Below, piece by piece: positions 13,330 to 26,700 of a DNA stretch of 64,000 nucleotides (positions are counted from its first letter, which is position 1; each line of letters starts with the position of its first letter). The notes beneath the pieces were generated by a model, which was given only the letters and a program-made list of their open reading frames with translations, was not told the origin of the DNA and ran no database searches. The DNA comes from Lytechinus pictus (Eukaryota): contig NC_087251.1 of assembly GCF_037042905.1 (NCBI RefSeq), forward strand, positions 44,332,001 to 44,396,000, in the 5' to 3' direction. Made by a program: the position numbers and the translations under genes.

Positions 13330-15155
13330 TTAAACCTTCAGAGCCAAATTTTGTATGGAGACGAAAATCAAGGTGAACCAGCTTTGATGAAGCAAAAATA
13401 ATACATGTAATTGTGTGAATATTAGCTCATTGTGAGTGATAGTCTTTTGTGTAAACTTGTGTTTTGATTTAAGTTTGTAATTTCAGTTTTTCAGACTTTT
13501 TTATACTAGTGTTAGCTCTTAGTGGATTGGAAGATACCCCACAATGGAAAGTACACTGTACATCACAATTTGCTCCGTCAAAAATTAGGTGTCCACTATG
13601 CCTTGGACAAAGCAGATGGAAGCATCTTTCATTTTTTTGACAGTGGTTAAACTATTTATACACATTCCCATTGAAAATGCCTGATTAAAGAATGTGTTTC
13701 TACTGAAAAAAATAAATGATAATACAAACTTAAGGATATAGAAATAGAAATGACCCATTCCCAAAACTAAAGGCAAGTGAATATTATTTGCTTGACTTTT
13801 AATTACATTCCAGTCAGAATAGACCATTGCCACAGCTGTTAAAAAATATTTGTAATGGCTTCTTCATTTTTCCTGTTTTCCCCATTTTTATATTAATTTC
13901 GTTTTATTCATTTTTCTTTCATGTTCTGTTGTTTCCTTTTTTGGTCTCAATTTATTCTTTTTGTTTTTTTTCTGTTCTCCGTTTTTTCTTGTGTTTTATT
14001 TCACTTCTTTCTTTTATTTTTGTTTTCTTTTTGTAATATACTTTTTAAAAATTATTTCCGTTTGTTTCCCCCTTTTATGCATTGTTCTAATTTTGCAGCA
14101 TATTTTTCTGTGATTTTCTCCTGCTATAATAGGCTGCAAAAGATAAAACAAAAATAAACTGTGTTTGGGGCCTGCATAATCTAGGTTTTCGGATTCAAAG
14201 AGGAAGAAAGGAAAAGTCATTATTTTGTACATCTATCTGGGTTTGTTATGCATAAGTGTGTGTCTATATGGAGATAAAAATGTCTACACAACCTGGGAAC
14301 AATAGAATTCATTTATTCTCTTTCAATCATTTCATATTTACAATGATAGAACAATTTATATTTTACCACAAATCAATTTGCAAAGTAAAATAACAGCAAA
14401 CAAGGTTTACATACAAGATGTACAAAGTGAAAGTAACTAAGTGGTAGAGGCTGCGGAATAAATGTCAGAAGTTTGTTTTATTCATTTTTAATGTTTTTCT
14501 ATATATTTTTCGGGCCACCAAACTTTAATATCGGGCAACCAAAAAAAATTATATGAAGGTTTTGGTGGCCCAAACAGGCCACTACCAAAAAAAGTTAATG
14601 TGGAGCCTTGCAATATCAAAATCATAAAAAAAATATATCACCATGGAGTCCTCTAGGCTAGGATAAACATTCCTTTCCACATATCATTTCCATCCTTTTA
14701 TCAAATCTAACAATGCCAAACCTCCTAAAACCAGCATCCTAAAAATTACATGTAGATGTGACAGACTCACTGAGAGAAAAATTGGGTGTGGAAAAGGCCA
14801 CAACAAACAACAAGTAGTGAAAAAAAAATCAATCTTTCATGCAGAAAAATAATAAACAAGGGCAAAACATACAAATTAAGAAATGCATTGATTTTTTTTC
14901 CTGTTCTGAAATACAGGATTGTGAAAGTACATGTACAGACAATATTGTACAGGTACATGTATACCAAACGCAGGCATTTATGCATCAAATCAATTTTTAT
15001 ATGTTCTGCGATTTGGAAATTGAAAAGAGGCCAACAACTATCATTATTTTCTCAGACAGGGAATTTTCAAATTATCTGATGATTAGATTGATTTTTCAAC
15101 TTTTAACTAATGGCTACTGAAAGTTGAGTTCTAGATGCAGACCTTGATGCCTCTA

Positions 15156-15449
15156 GGCCCGTATTCTGAAGTCGGGTTTAAAGTTGTGGTTTAAGTATGG
15201 ATAGCCAATTGTTACATAAATCACTGACAGTAGAGATATCATATTTCAGCTCATTTGGCTCTCAAAGCATTCATAACTCTCTAGGAAGTATAAATAGATG
15301 ACTGTCTTCACCATTGAAGAATCAGGAAAGAGCACGGTAAATACAAGAAACATAACTTAATTTTAAAAATTTGACACTTTTGGCTTCCCATAATTTTAGC
15401 ACAGAGTTAGACCATGGCCTAAGTTAAACCCGACTTCAGAATACGGGCC
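15156..15449. mobile_element. Harbinger-like MITE family D (TIR GGCCCGTATTCTGAAGTCGGGTTTAA); other copies at 33411-33717 and 62470-62780
   Basis: About 26-bp TIRs and a shared interior in three copies. Confidence 0.85.
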
Positions 15450-16690
15450 TCTCTGTCCAGGGGGGTGGTTTACAATATTTAGTTGCAAGTGTGGCAAAGT
15501 CAAGCTGAAGAGCCCACACATGACATCTACCCTGCGATCTTATTACATTATTTTTTATAATACAAAGTAGCACGGTTAACATGAGCATAATTTCACCAAT
15601 GTGGCGATCAGCGTATTATACCACATGCACTTGGGAATTTAGTTTTAGTCACACTTAAAACCTTTGTGAAATGTGCCCCTGATCTTGTGATCTGGGTAAA
15701 TCTGTTTTCTTTGAAATGACTGAAAATGCATGTTGGGTTATAGTTAATATGTACCATTTTCAATCAGGTCACAGAACAGATAAAATGCTGCTCTAGAGGG
15801 ATACATATATTAACATCAACTTCTCAAAGAAATTTCAATTGCATTCCTAATATCCAGGTTGCTCCTCAAAAAAATATAAATCCATGATTTTGACTTCCAC
15901 AGTCTCTTATTACCCTCGCTAATTATGGACTCCAAACGATTGATGACCAAAAAAAATCTTGTAAGGTGGAAGTGATCTCCTCCGGAAATATCGCCGCCGA
16001 GATCGCACATGTTCGATCGCAAAATAAAAAATGCAATAGCCCACGCGGGGATTCCCCACGGTAAATTCAACACCCTTCAGATATGGCACTCTCCTAAACG
16101 TCGGACATATCGGCCGATTGAATTGGAAATGCGTGCTGTTGACACGCGGCGCTCATTTTCAGAACGAAGTCGCGCGCAGCTGAGCGATGACGTCTGATGT
16201 TTAGAGCCAAAAGAGGTCCGTTTGGTTAGTAAATAATCATTTACCGATTTCTGTATCAAAATTATTGACAGTCATTATTAAAATCGGCACTTGCGCAGCT
16301 GAAATAAGTTATTTTCTCAACAATCAAGCAATTATTTTTTGGTCAAGAGCGAGATTTAAATCGCCGAAATTGATCCCGGTGAACAACTCTACTACACGTC
16401 CGATATTTGGATACTGCACCCGATATTTGGCAAAAAACAAGCTTCTGGTAGTAGACTTAAATAAATAATTTCCGTTTACCATATTTTTCAATTCTATTTT
16501 TCTTACATTAATATTCAACATTTGTACTATGGAAATACAAAGGATTGTTATTTGATTCAATTGTATTTTTGTTTTGGTCCAATTATGCTTAAAATCAAGT
16601 GTCCGATATTTGGGCACTCGATCTGTTTGAATTTCTAACATGTCTGAAAAGTGTTTAGATAGATTACACATTTTATCTTCCAATACTCAC

Positions 16691-16765
16691 CTTTCGAAGA
16701 GCATTTACAAACAAGCCCCTCCATTTCTTGTAGTCTTCAGATTCAAAGTCAACAGTGGCCATCAT
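16691..16765 (-). CDS. SOS: SOS first coding exon (MMATVDFESEDYKKWRGLFVNALRK)
   Basis: ATG at 16765, 25 codons, phase-0 GTGAGT donor joining 1310 in frame. KWRGLFVNALRK matches recalled SOS1 KWRGLLVPALKK. The exon probably begins at acceptor TTTTCTTCAAACAG (16797). Confidence 0.92.
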
Positions 16766-17252
16766 CGCAATAGCAGACTAGCTCTCAAACTCGAGAGCTG
16801 TTTGAAGAAAATGGGGAATAGAGCTCAGCTCAGCTCAGTGTTGTTACTGTTAGCTGGTATCTGGCAAAATAGTTTACCAGGCTTTGGAAGTAATGTTTAA
16901 TTCAAATAGGCATAAAACTCCTGATGAAAATAAAATGACCAAACTAGGATTATCATGACCTCGCCTTGATGAATTCGTGAATCTTTGCAATAGCATGATG
17001 TTCAAGCCATACATGTACATGTAGGCATCGCGTTGCGTTGGGAGAATGATGCCTTGGCCTGTCTGTGATCATTGCATTGTTACTCATTCAAGAGTCCACT
17101 GTTCAATTCTCAACACTCAGTCACAGAATTTTAAAAAGTCGAATGCACACAGGAATACCACCGAAGAAATCCCCGTCTTGATCATCTGAATAAATCTCTT
17201 GCAGTCCATGTTGTTGGAAAATAAACCAGGTTCTGATCTGTACTGCACTCAC

Positions 17253-17420
17253 CGGCCATCTTTAATGATTATTGGTATAAAGTTTCATTTGAGAGCAGGG
17301 TTTTGTTGCTGCAATGGAGCAAATTAATCTTCACAGCGAGCTTACAGCTGTATCGAGAGCGCATGCGTTATGGAAACAGGAGTAGTTCCGCAAATTTCCG
17401 CATTGAGGTCCGAGCGAGGA
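17253..17420 (-). promoter_or_regulatory. Probable SOS leader exon and core promoter
   Basis: GTGAGT donor at 17252, YY1-like AAGATGGCCG (17253-17262), NRF1-like GCGCATGCG (17359-17367) and local CpG enrichment. TSS not determinable. Confidence 0.55.
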
Positions 17421-20400
17421 CGCACTTTCAGAATATCTCCTTTGTCAGTGTGATCTATAAAAAGCCATTTATAATATATATATATATAAAAATTACAAGA
17501 GCAGATTAATCTGCATAGGCTTATATATCCACGATCGATTTGGAATAGTTCGAACTAAATCATAAAAACGAACAAACTATTACAAAATGGGATTATCCAC
17601 CTGACCACTTTAAATGAAGGCAGGAGAATGGTTAATTGGGTGGGGTTGATTTCCAACTACATCCAGGGGCGCCGGGCAGGCCGGGGCAAAGCGCCACCCC
17701 CCCCCCCCATTAGCGGCCCAGAACCCCGCCCCCCAAAAAAAAATAAACAATAAATTCAATTCAAGTATTTATTTCCAAATGTAATATACACACAAAGAAA
17801 ATATAAATCACAACAACAACAAAAGTATCAACAGAACATAACCAGAACAAATAGTGGTAATGATAATAATATGATTGGCACATAAATTATTAAAATGTAG
17901 ATGAACAAAATCATGAGTGAAAATGGGGCATACAAAACGCACATATCCAAGATATATCCAAGGGGAAATGAAAAGAAATGAAACAAGGGGAAGGAAAGGA
18001 GAAAGAGGAGGGGAAAAAACAAGAAGAAGAGGGGAGAAGAAAGAAAAGTGAAGGAAAAATAGAGAAAGAATATGACAAATATAAACATTATACCCGAGCT
18101 TCATGCTTCCTTTGTCTTAAATGAGATATATATTTAAGAAAAAAAATCAGCGTACGCCAATTTTGATGCTCTTCAAAATTTTCTTTAGAAGTTCTTAAAA
18201 TATTAATTCCTTCTTCAAGTCATATAATTATCGCATTGCGCATAATTGATTTTTAAAAAAGTGCTTTAAATGTCCGATTTTCAGATCTGAATATCAACAA
18301 ATTTTAGCTCAATTCCATTCAAATAAATATTCATTTTCTTCAAGTTTTGCAAAAATACAGAACCATTTGTCAGAAAACGATATAAAGATTTGTTCACAGA
18401 AGAAGACGCAATTCCCTATATGAAACAAAAGCTTGTAGAGGGATATACCCTCGTCTCAGATGAATTATGATTTGTTTTTTTGGGGGGCAGGGCAACGCCA
18501 ATAGGGGGAAGTAAGAGGGAAAGCGGGGTATGAATTGCACTTAGTTCACATTATCTTGATAAGATAAAACACAAATTCTCTTCAAGTAAAAAAAATTGCT
18601 TAAAATGGCCACTCTCTATAGTTTTCGGATCAGTATGTCAAAATGTTTCACATAGGGGTTTATGCCCTTGTTATTTTAATTGAGACAAATGTTAATTTTT
18701 CAGACAGTGAACAAAACATTTTAGAGTGAAGAAATCGGATACAAACTTGAAAATATAAGACGAAATATTAAAAAGGATACTACACCTTATTGATGGCCAT
18801 AGAGACGAATTAGTAATATATCTCTATAAATAATTGTACGGTACCCCACACCTACTCCCCCCATCCACGGCTCTTTCAGTTGTGAAATTTAATAATGTCA
18901 TATACATAGAATATCTATAAGTATTGGATTTAGGCATTTATGAACACCGTGCAAGGAATATACTTTTAAATAATAACCTATATATTTGCATAAAAGATGA
19001 AAGGTTGCAATTCCGACTGATAACTCTATGATAATAAAAGTTATATAATAGAAACCAAGTTACAATCCACATTTTCATATTAATCTAAGCAAATTCATTT
19101 TATAGCTATGTATCTTATGGCAACAGCCAACAGCATAGCCAATGGATTTTCATTTGTCCGTGATCATTAACCACAATGGGATGAAAGCAACCAAGGGGGG
19201 GGGGGGGCTAATGGGACAGAAATATAGAAAGAAAGAAAAAAGATAACAAACGAAAGACAGCGAAAAGTAAAAAGTGTGAGCAAAAATGGGAAAATGTATG
19301 TGGTGCAAAAATGTAGAGATCGAGGCCAAAATCCCGCCTAAATCACGATCACAGAACTACAGTTTGTTATGGTCGCGGCGAGTACCGTGAAGTTTTCCCA
19401 TCGTGCATTTCGCTTTTGTTTACAAATACATGTACGTAAGGCGCGTATTGCGCTCTGTACGCGTACGCTTGGTAATATCCGGTATGCGCGATGAAGACGA
19501 CGGACGTATGTGCGCATGACTTGATGACGACACTGGCGATTTATGACGTAACAAAGCCACACGTAGGTTTACCATAGCATTTGGCATTTACTTAATAAAA
19601 CGGAATATTAATTACACATTCAAATTAAAGGGGGAGTTCACCTTGACGAAACTAGGTTTGTTGTAAAAAAAAAAAAATATATATATATATATAGAAATTT
19701 TCCTCACCTCTGGTCTACCAATGGTTTCGCGCCTCGATCACAGGCGGCTCATCATTATATACACATATATATATACATATATATGTGTATATAATTAGTC
19801 ATGGTCTGATAAAAATCTATCAAATAATAAGGGGGTGTTGCAAGAAAATATTTGTAATCTATTGCAAAGTTTCAGATGCATATTTAGAAATGATAGATCA
19901 ATTTCAACTGAAGCAAATCAATTTATATTTTGTCGATGCAATAAGCAGACGCTCGGTCATTTGCAAATTTGCAATCAAACGCATGACTTTCAGTTGAATT
20001 GGGATCCTAAAATTGACTTGCGATCAATTGCAAGTTTCTTGCAACACTCCATATAATATAAGAAGGTTATTATATATTTTTTTAATTTGTGACGTCATAT
20101 TCGAGCAGCTGCCCCATATGTTATGTAACATAGAATGAATCTATTATTTCAATTTTTCAATGGTAGGCCTACATGCATATCGAAAACTTGTATGCAGTGT
20201 ACCGGACATGTAAAAACATAGCAGACGACGTTTGCAGACCTCGCGATCATCGTATGACTAGTGGTGCGGAATGTTCCATTGGGGCTTTATGGGGGAAATA
20301 GCATTACAGAGGGATAAAATGTATACACAGATAATGTTTCAGCGTTGATTCGCAATATTTTGAGTCAATTTTCATAAATTATCGTTGTTTGAACATTTAA

Positions 20401-23400
20401 ACATCATTATAAAATGAAAGAAATAAGCAAAACTTAATTTTCAGACTTAGCTATGCAGTGGTAAGCTAGAATGCACCCCTCGTATACATAATGGACCCGT
20501 CACGAGTGTAGGTTTGCTCTTCGGACATCACTATCACAAAGAAAATCTCCTCTGATTTGATGATAAAAGTGCCCTATTTCCTTATTAACCAATCTCCATG
20601 GTTCTTTCATGAGTATTTGCCTTACAATGTGCTCTTTATTGTAATCTAGGCGGAAATTCATGATACCACCACCCACCGATGTGACGACGGATATAATCCA
20701 CCCGGGTACTATAAAAATGTCCCCCAAACCCATTATCCCAATACATATTCCTGACTATGGATGGTTTCTAGTGATTTTATTGTAATAAAGTGCCATATTT
20801 CCCACCAATTGAATGTAAAAAAAATTATGGTCATCTGATAGAAGAAGTTGTTACCATTCATTTCAGGAGGGCGGAAATTCTATCTGAATCAACGCTTGTC
20901 CTTGATACACATTTGTTTGTGAAAAAAGGGTATAATGCAAGGGAATTCTGCATGTTATAAGGGTGCGCGCGTGCAGCGAGGACCTTCTGTCCGCTAGTTT
21001 TCCATATGTTACTAAAATTGATTTTCTTTCAGGAGCGAGTATGAAATGATTATATTATATATATTTGTTTATTATGTCTTGTAGTATTTTCGACCTTGTT
21101 ATGTTATGTTTATCATTTTATGTACAATTGTGAAACGGAAATCAATAAATCAAATCAAATCAAATGATTTGTTTGTTGATAACTTGATACTGAATTAAGG
21201 TACAAAACAATTTCTTCATTTTTTGAGAAAATGACATTTCACTGATTTTTTTAATAATAAGCTATACGGGAAGCTGCTCGCATATGACGTTACAAAAAAA
21301 AAAATATTCTAATAACTTTTAAAAAAAATCTTTGATAGATTTTTCTCAAACCTTCAGCATTTAACAAAATAGAAGATGATATCTCACCAAATCCTTAATT
21401 TTTTTTGACATCCTGAGATGATAACTGGACGTTCTATAAGCGGTGCACCTTTTGTAATCAAGAACTTGATGACTATCTAATTAAACTTTTAATGCGAGCG
21501 CATAGCGCGAGCTGAATTTTTTTTTATTTTTGAAAATTATGAGTACGCATGCAGGGTGTGTATCTCACTAAAACGAATAATGAAAACTTTAATCGCGAGA
21601 AGCATATTGACTTGAACATAATTTTCTTATCTCAGTCAATAGCTACTGCGAGCGTGTATAGCGCGGGCGACATTTTAAATTTTTATAATGACCCGAAAGA
21701 TTTATGTTACTGACAAAAATTATTGGGAACTAACAGTGAATTAATGAGAAATTTTTCAAAATTTAAGAAACGAAAAGGCTGTTTTGGAGCACTATTCAGT
21801 TTTAGTAGGATGCTTATGACAACATGTACTATACAATTTTTTTTTTATTTTTCGAAATTTCGGGGGTGGGGCCAACTCACTGGGGGCAAATCTCTCCCGT
21901 GCCTCCACCTTGGTGCCGCCACTGGTCTCGGGCGGAGCCCCCGGAACCCCGTGATATTTTTAAACATTGCAGATGGCCACTGTTTTATCAAATTGCGGGT
22001 ACATACACAACACATATTGACTTCAACGCAGTTGCGGATAATAAACAAAAAAAATTTGAGGCAGCACAACATATCAAATGTGGAAAAAAATTGTAAAAGT
22101 CGCCAGCGAGCGAAGCGAGCTAGAAAAAAATGGCCTTTAAAAATGTTTATTATACTTATTTGATAGTAGCTTTTGGAAATTTAGCCAAAGTAAACAGGCT
22201 TTTACGATAAATATATAGCAAGCGCAAAGCTTTACTTATAGGTTAGGACATAATATCGGGGGATATAACTATAGCCCTTGGCTAACCTTACTTTGGCTAA
22301 GGATTTTTCCAGGATTGTTTGTCCTGACTGTGACCATTATTGCATAAAAATTTAGCAAGCATATAATAGACGCCACCCACCTTTCTTCCCGTTCTTTATA
22401 ATTTTCAATCCTCGGCAACCTGGTCGTGTCATTAAGTTTTTTTCTTTTTTTCTCGTCCCTTTTCTTTATTTTCTGATTTTCCAATTAAGCTTTTGGTTCT
22501 ACCTTCATTTCCCGTTTCTTTCTGCCTCTTTCTCCCTTTTTCCCGACATTCTTGCCCGTGCCATTGAGTCATATCTTTTGATTGTATATCCCTCTCTTGC
22601 TAATCATGCTAATGTATTAGTATTTCAGGATATTTCTACTCCCTCACATGTTCTTCTTTCCTTTTCCAGCTTTCCTTCCATTTCCCCTAGTTCTTTCTTT
22701 CTTTCCCTTTCTTTTCATTTTCCCCTTTCCCTTTCCCTTTTCCTCGATCTTTTTCTTTCTTTCCCTTTCCTTTTTTCTCTGTCCCCCTTTTCTCGTTTTC
22801 CCGTTTTTTATTTTCCCGGTGAAATCCGCCAGGGGGGGGGGGGGCAGCTTGCCCCTAGCCCCCGCCTGTTACACCACTGCATGCTCAAAGTAATTATGTA
22901 ACTTTATAACATATATTCGTTGTAAGATTACTGTTCTTATTAGGCTGACGCCTGACGGAGGCTTATAGGCCTAAATACATTAATTATCCCCAGAACTGAT
23001 AGACATGCAGTCTAACGATAATGAAAAGACCAATTTACATCATGATTTTGTAAAGAAAAAGAAGCAAAAGAAACATGCCTAATATCATAGGCAAACCAAA
23101 CAAATAATAATAATATTAAACAATAGAAAATGTTTTTTTTTTCTTTCTTTCCTTTGATCTTCTCCTCATTCATTTTTTGTCAGGGTGAAATGATCCTACG
23201 GAATAAATCAAATCAAGATGCAAGGGAAGACAATTCAGTTTCGTGACCGAGTATACGCATGCATGATCGAGGTCCCCCCTCCCCCACAAAAAAAGGGGGA
23301 AAATAAAAATATACAACTGAGAAGCTTTCAAGGGCATTTCATCATATATTCTCTACTTGTACATCATGTACGTACCTATGGATTGAGTCTCAAGGCTAGA

Positions 23401-23439
23401 CTATATGAACAGACTCACGGCAGGGGTTCGAAAACTTAT

Positions 23440-23750
23440 ACTTCTTCTCCCCCCGGCCCCCCCCCCCTCCCCTTAGTTCATTTTCTGAGCTACCATAACC
23501 GCTTCGATACCGCGCCGCGCTCGAGTTAACGGAGTGTCTCAGCTTGCCCAGCCGCTCCGCCCCGGTCCGGTCCAGCGATAGCTCGAGGACAGTGTGAACA
23601 TGGTGAATACGGGTAACGCTGCTCTGCATGCTCTGGATACCTTTTCGGAACTCGATTAAATTTGTCTTGATCAGTTGACAGTTGAGGCAAAATCACTCAA
23701 GCTAAGGAATCGACTTCGTTTAATTATGGTCAAGAATTACATCATAAACA
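23440..23750 (+). promoter_or_regulatory. CpG-rich promoter/5' leader of the PWWP3-like gene
   Basis: GC/CpG-rich stretch (CCGCGCCGCGCTCGAG, CCGCTCCGCCCCGG GC-box) immediately upstream of the first coding ATG. Confidence 0.6.
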
Positions 23751-26700
23751 ATGGAAAAAGAAAAGACGAACAAACAGAGACGACTGTATTTCATGAGGGT
23801 AAGTTGAGCTTTCTTTCTATAGTATGAGTATGATGACAATTACTGCGGCAGCGCCTGAACACGTACTGTCTTAAGACGTGTCGAGGTCCCCGGGGCAATG
23901 ATGACAACAACATTAATTAATCATGACATGTTTTTTGTTAAGAAATAGACTAGATGAAAAGGCTATAGCCAAATGACCTATAAAATATTGTGATGATTGT
24001 TAAATTACACTTAGTGAAATATCTATTGTTTGTACAGAGTTTAACTTTATAACCATGATAACCATGATAATATTGTAATTTGTATACTTATTCTTGATTA
24101 TACTTTTTAGCACACGTACTGAAGTTGATTCTTGAAATGAGGATAGACATAATTAATGGTGGTGGTCCCCAAGTTTACGCACCTAACAATTTGTGTTAAG
24201 ATTTAACATGAATTTCTTTTTATTTCACAAAATATTTCAGTTGATAATGTTCCGATGCCAAATATCTCGTCAAAATATGAAAGAAATATAGGATGGGGGG
24301 GGAGGGGGTCGGATGTCATGGACACTTTATATTTTTGAAGCCTTCTTTTTTGTCTTTGGATTACACTAAAAATATGAATTCAATAGTTGTAATCATCGTC
24401 TATTTTGTTCTCTATAATATTTCCTAACATTTTGTACTATAAATTGATGAAACTTCGCTTGTAAATTTTTCCAAATTACTTTCTAAAATTTATCGTTTGG
24501 ACACACAACAACTGAACTGGGTAGATGCTTTTCTTGGAAAAAAACCTTTGGCAGTCTTTTTCAGATTGAACAAAAAATGGAAAAATGGTTCCCCATGTCT
24601 GCGCACCTAATTCACTTTGCACGCGATTCTGGGATTTCGATGAGAAAGGCTGCATTTTGTTGAGGCTGGCCGTCACATGACATGGCAAAAATTCATTATT
24701 TTTCCGCCATTTTGAGTCAGATTTTTAAAATGAATATCTGTGTCTATAGACTATGTATTGCATGTGTAAAGTTTGTGTTCGTTGCATTACTTGCATGTAT
24801 TCTTTTACTAGAATCGGGCAGATACGCATATATGCGCAGACTAGGGGGACTGCACAGACTTATGGAACTTGCTATACATTTATTTTTTACACAACAGTAT
24901 GCAATGATTCCTTAAAATTCAATCCTATATCGTGTATCCAGTTGATCTCAATTGGCATTTTGGTTGGAGTGGAGGGGTGTTAATTTTTGTAATTGGAAAA
25001 TGTTTGAAATCTACAGATAGGCTTTTAAAATTAAAGGTAGACTACGGTAATCTTCGTTCGAATTTACAGGTGAGTAAGAACTGCAAACTCCTGACCGAAC
25101 TTTACATCGTTCCTGATGAGTTTAATCATCGGCAGACCTGGTTTGAAGACAGGCATTTACAGGTGACTAGAGACTTTACTTTGATAGATTTAATGATTCT
25201 TTCGTTATCTTTTGGCAATTCAGTTTCATTACTTATTTTGACCATTCATCACAAATGATTTTTCTTATAGTTATAGAATGTTAATAATTTGTTATTGGAA
25301 TAGCAGTACAGTTTTCATGAGTTTTGACCATTATTTATAAAGTACCATTTAACAAGTTTTCCTTGTTAGTGCAAACGATATTCTGTAGATTCTAGTTCTA
25401 TTCCCCCTTATCCAGAATTGATAATTTCTAGAATATAAATATATATAAATTTTGTTTTGCTTTTCACTCAAATTAAAAAATTCTGCGATCAGAGCTCTGT
25501 TCTGTGAAAGTGTTTTTTTTTTTAACTGTAGTTGACCCTGTTCTACTATTGAAATTAAAGAGCATTTAAGTCCAAGATTTATTTTCCTTTCTTTTTGGAT
25601 TCATGACTTTAATATTTGTACTCGGTATTAACAGAAAACAGTACCTAGATTATTGAATATGCCACCATGTTTATTTCCGCATACATTCGTAATTCCGAAG
25701 CTTCGTTATTCCGAAGGTTCGGATATTCTGAAGGTTCGTTATTCCAAAGGTTCGTATTTCCGAAGGTTCGTTAGTCCGAAAACAAAATGAAGTTCGTAAT
25801 TCCGAAGGTTCGTTAGTCTGAAAACAAAGTGAGGTTCGTAATTCTGAAGGTTCGTTAATCAGAAAACGAAATGAGGTTCGTAATTCCGAAGGTTCGTTAG
25901 TCCGAAAACGAAATGATTAACAAACCTGATTTCGTTTTCGGACTAACGAACCGTCGGAACAACGAACCTTATTTCGTTTTCTGATTAACGAACCTTCGGA
26001 ACAACGAACCTTATTTTGTTTTCGTATTATCGAACCTTCGGAACATCGAACCTTATTTCGTTTTCGGATTATCGAACCTTCGGAATAACGCCACAAATGT
26101 TCGGATTAACAAACCCTTTTATGTTTTCGGATTAACGAACATCGAGGTATAGGCAATTTACGTGTTTCGGAATTACGAACCTTCGGAATTACGAAGTGTA
26201 ACCTTTTTTTTAATGTTTTTATTTTTATAAACATCTAACCTAATGAAGTACTGGAAATAATAAATAAATGAAAGGTGAAATAGTTTATTACATAGATTAA
26301 ATTCTTTATGAAACTAAGAATGCCAAGTGTCTTTTGTCTTAAAGGAGAATGAAACTCTTGGAGCAAGTTAGCTTTTGTAAAAGCAGAAAAATCAAAGAAT
26401 AAGATCAACAAAAGTTTGAGTAAAATAGGACTAGCAATAGAAGAGTTATGAGCATTTGAATGTCGAGATCACTAATGCTATGGAGATCCTCCCATTGGCA
26501 ATGCGACCAAGATCTATGATGTCACAGATGAACAACTCTCCCCTTTTGGACACTGAAAATATACCCCAAAACATCTCTTTTTGCTCATTCTAATCATATG
26601 ACAAACGATTCATCAATGATATAATGTTGTGAAACCTCTGTACTTGTCCTCTCATAAAGAGAACACCTCACCTTATGATAGACTCTATAAAAGTGAGAAT

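Noticed and set aside
15816..16420. CpG-rich ORFs near the 5' end of the long SOS intron
   Set aside because: Available donor is phase 1 and there is no homology; probably promoter-proximal regulatory DNA, but not supportable.
19490..19560. TGATGA C-box-like motif suggesting a snoRNA
   Set aside because: No suitably placed CTGA D-box or terminal stem, and the site is not intronic.
13827..22901. F/L/S-rich transmembrane-looking ORFs (13827-14232, 17808-18104, 22578-22901)
   Set aside because: Arise from pyrimidine/purine low-complexity tracts.
25683..26203. Regularly spaced repeats resembling a CRISPR array
   Set aside because: Eukaryotic context, no unique spacers, mirror symmetry and no cas genes.
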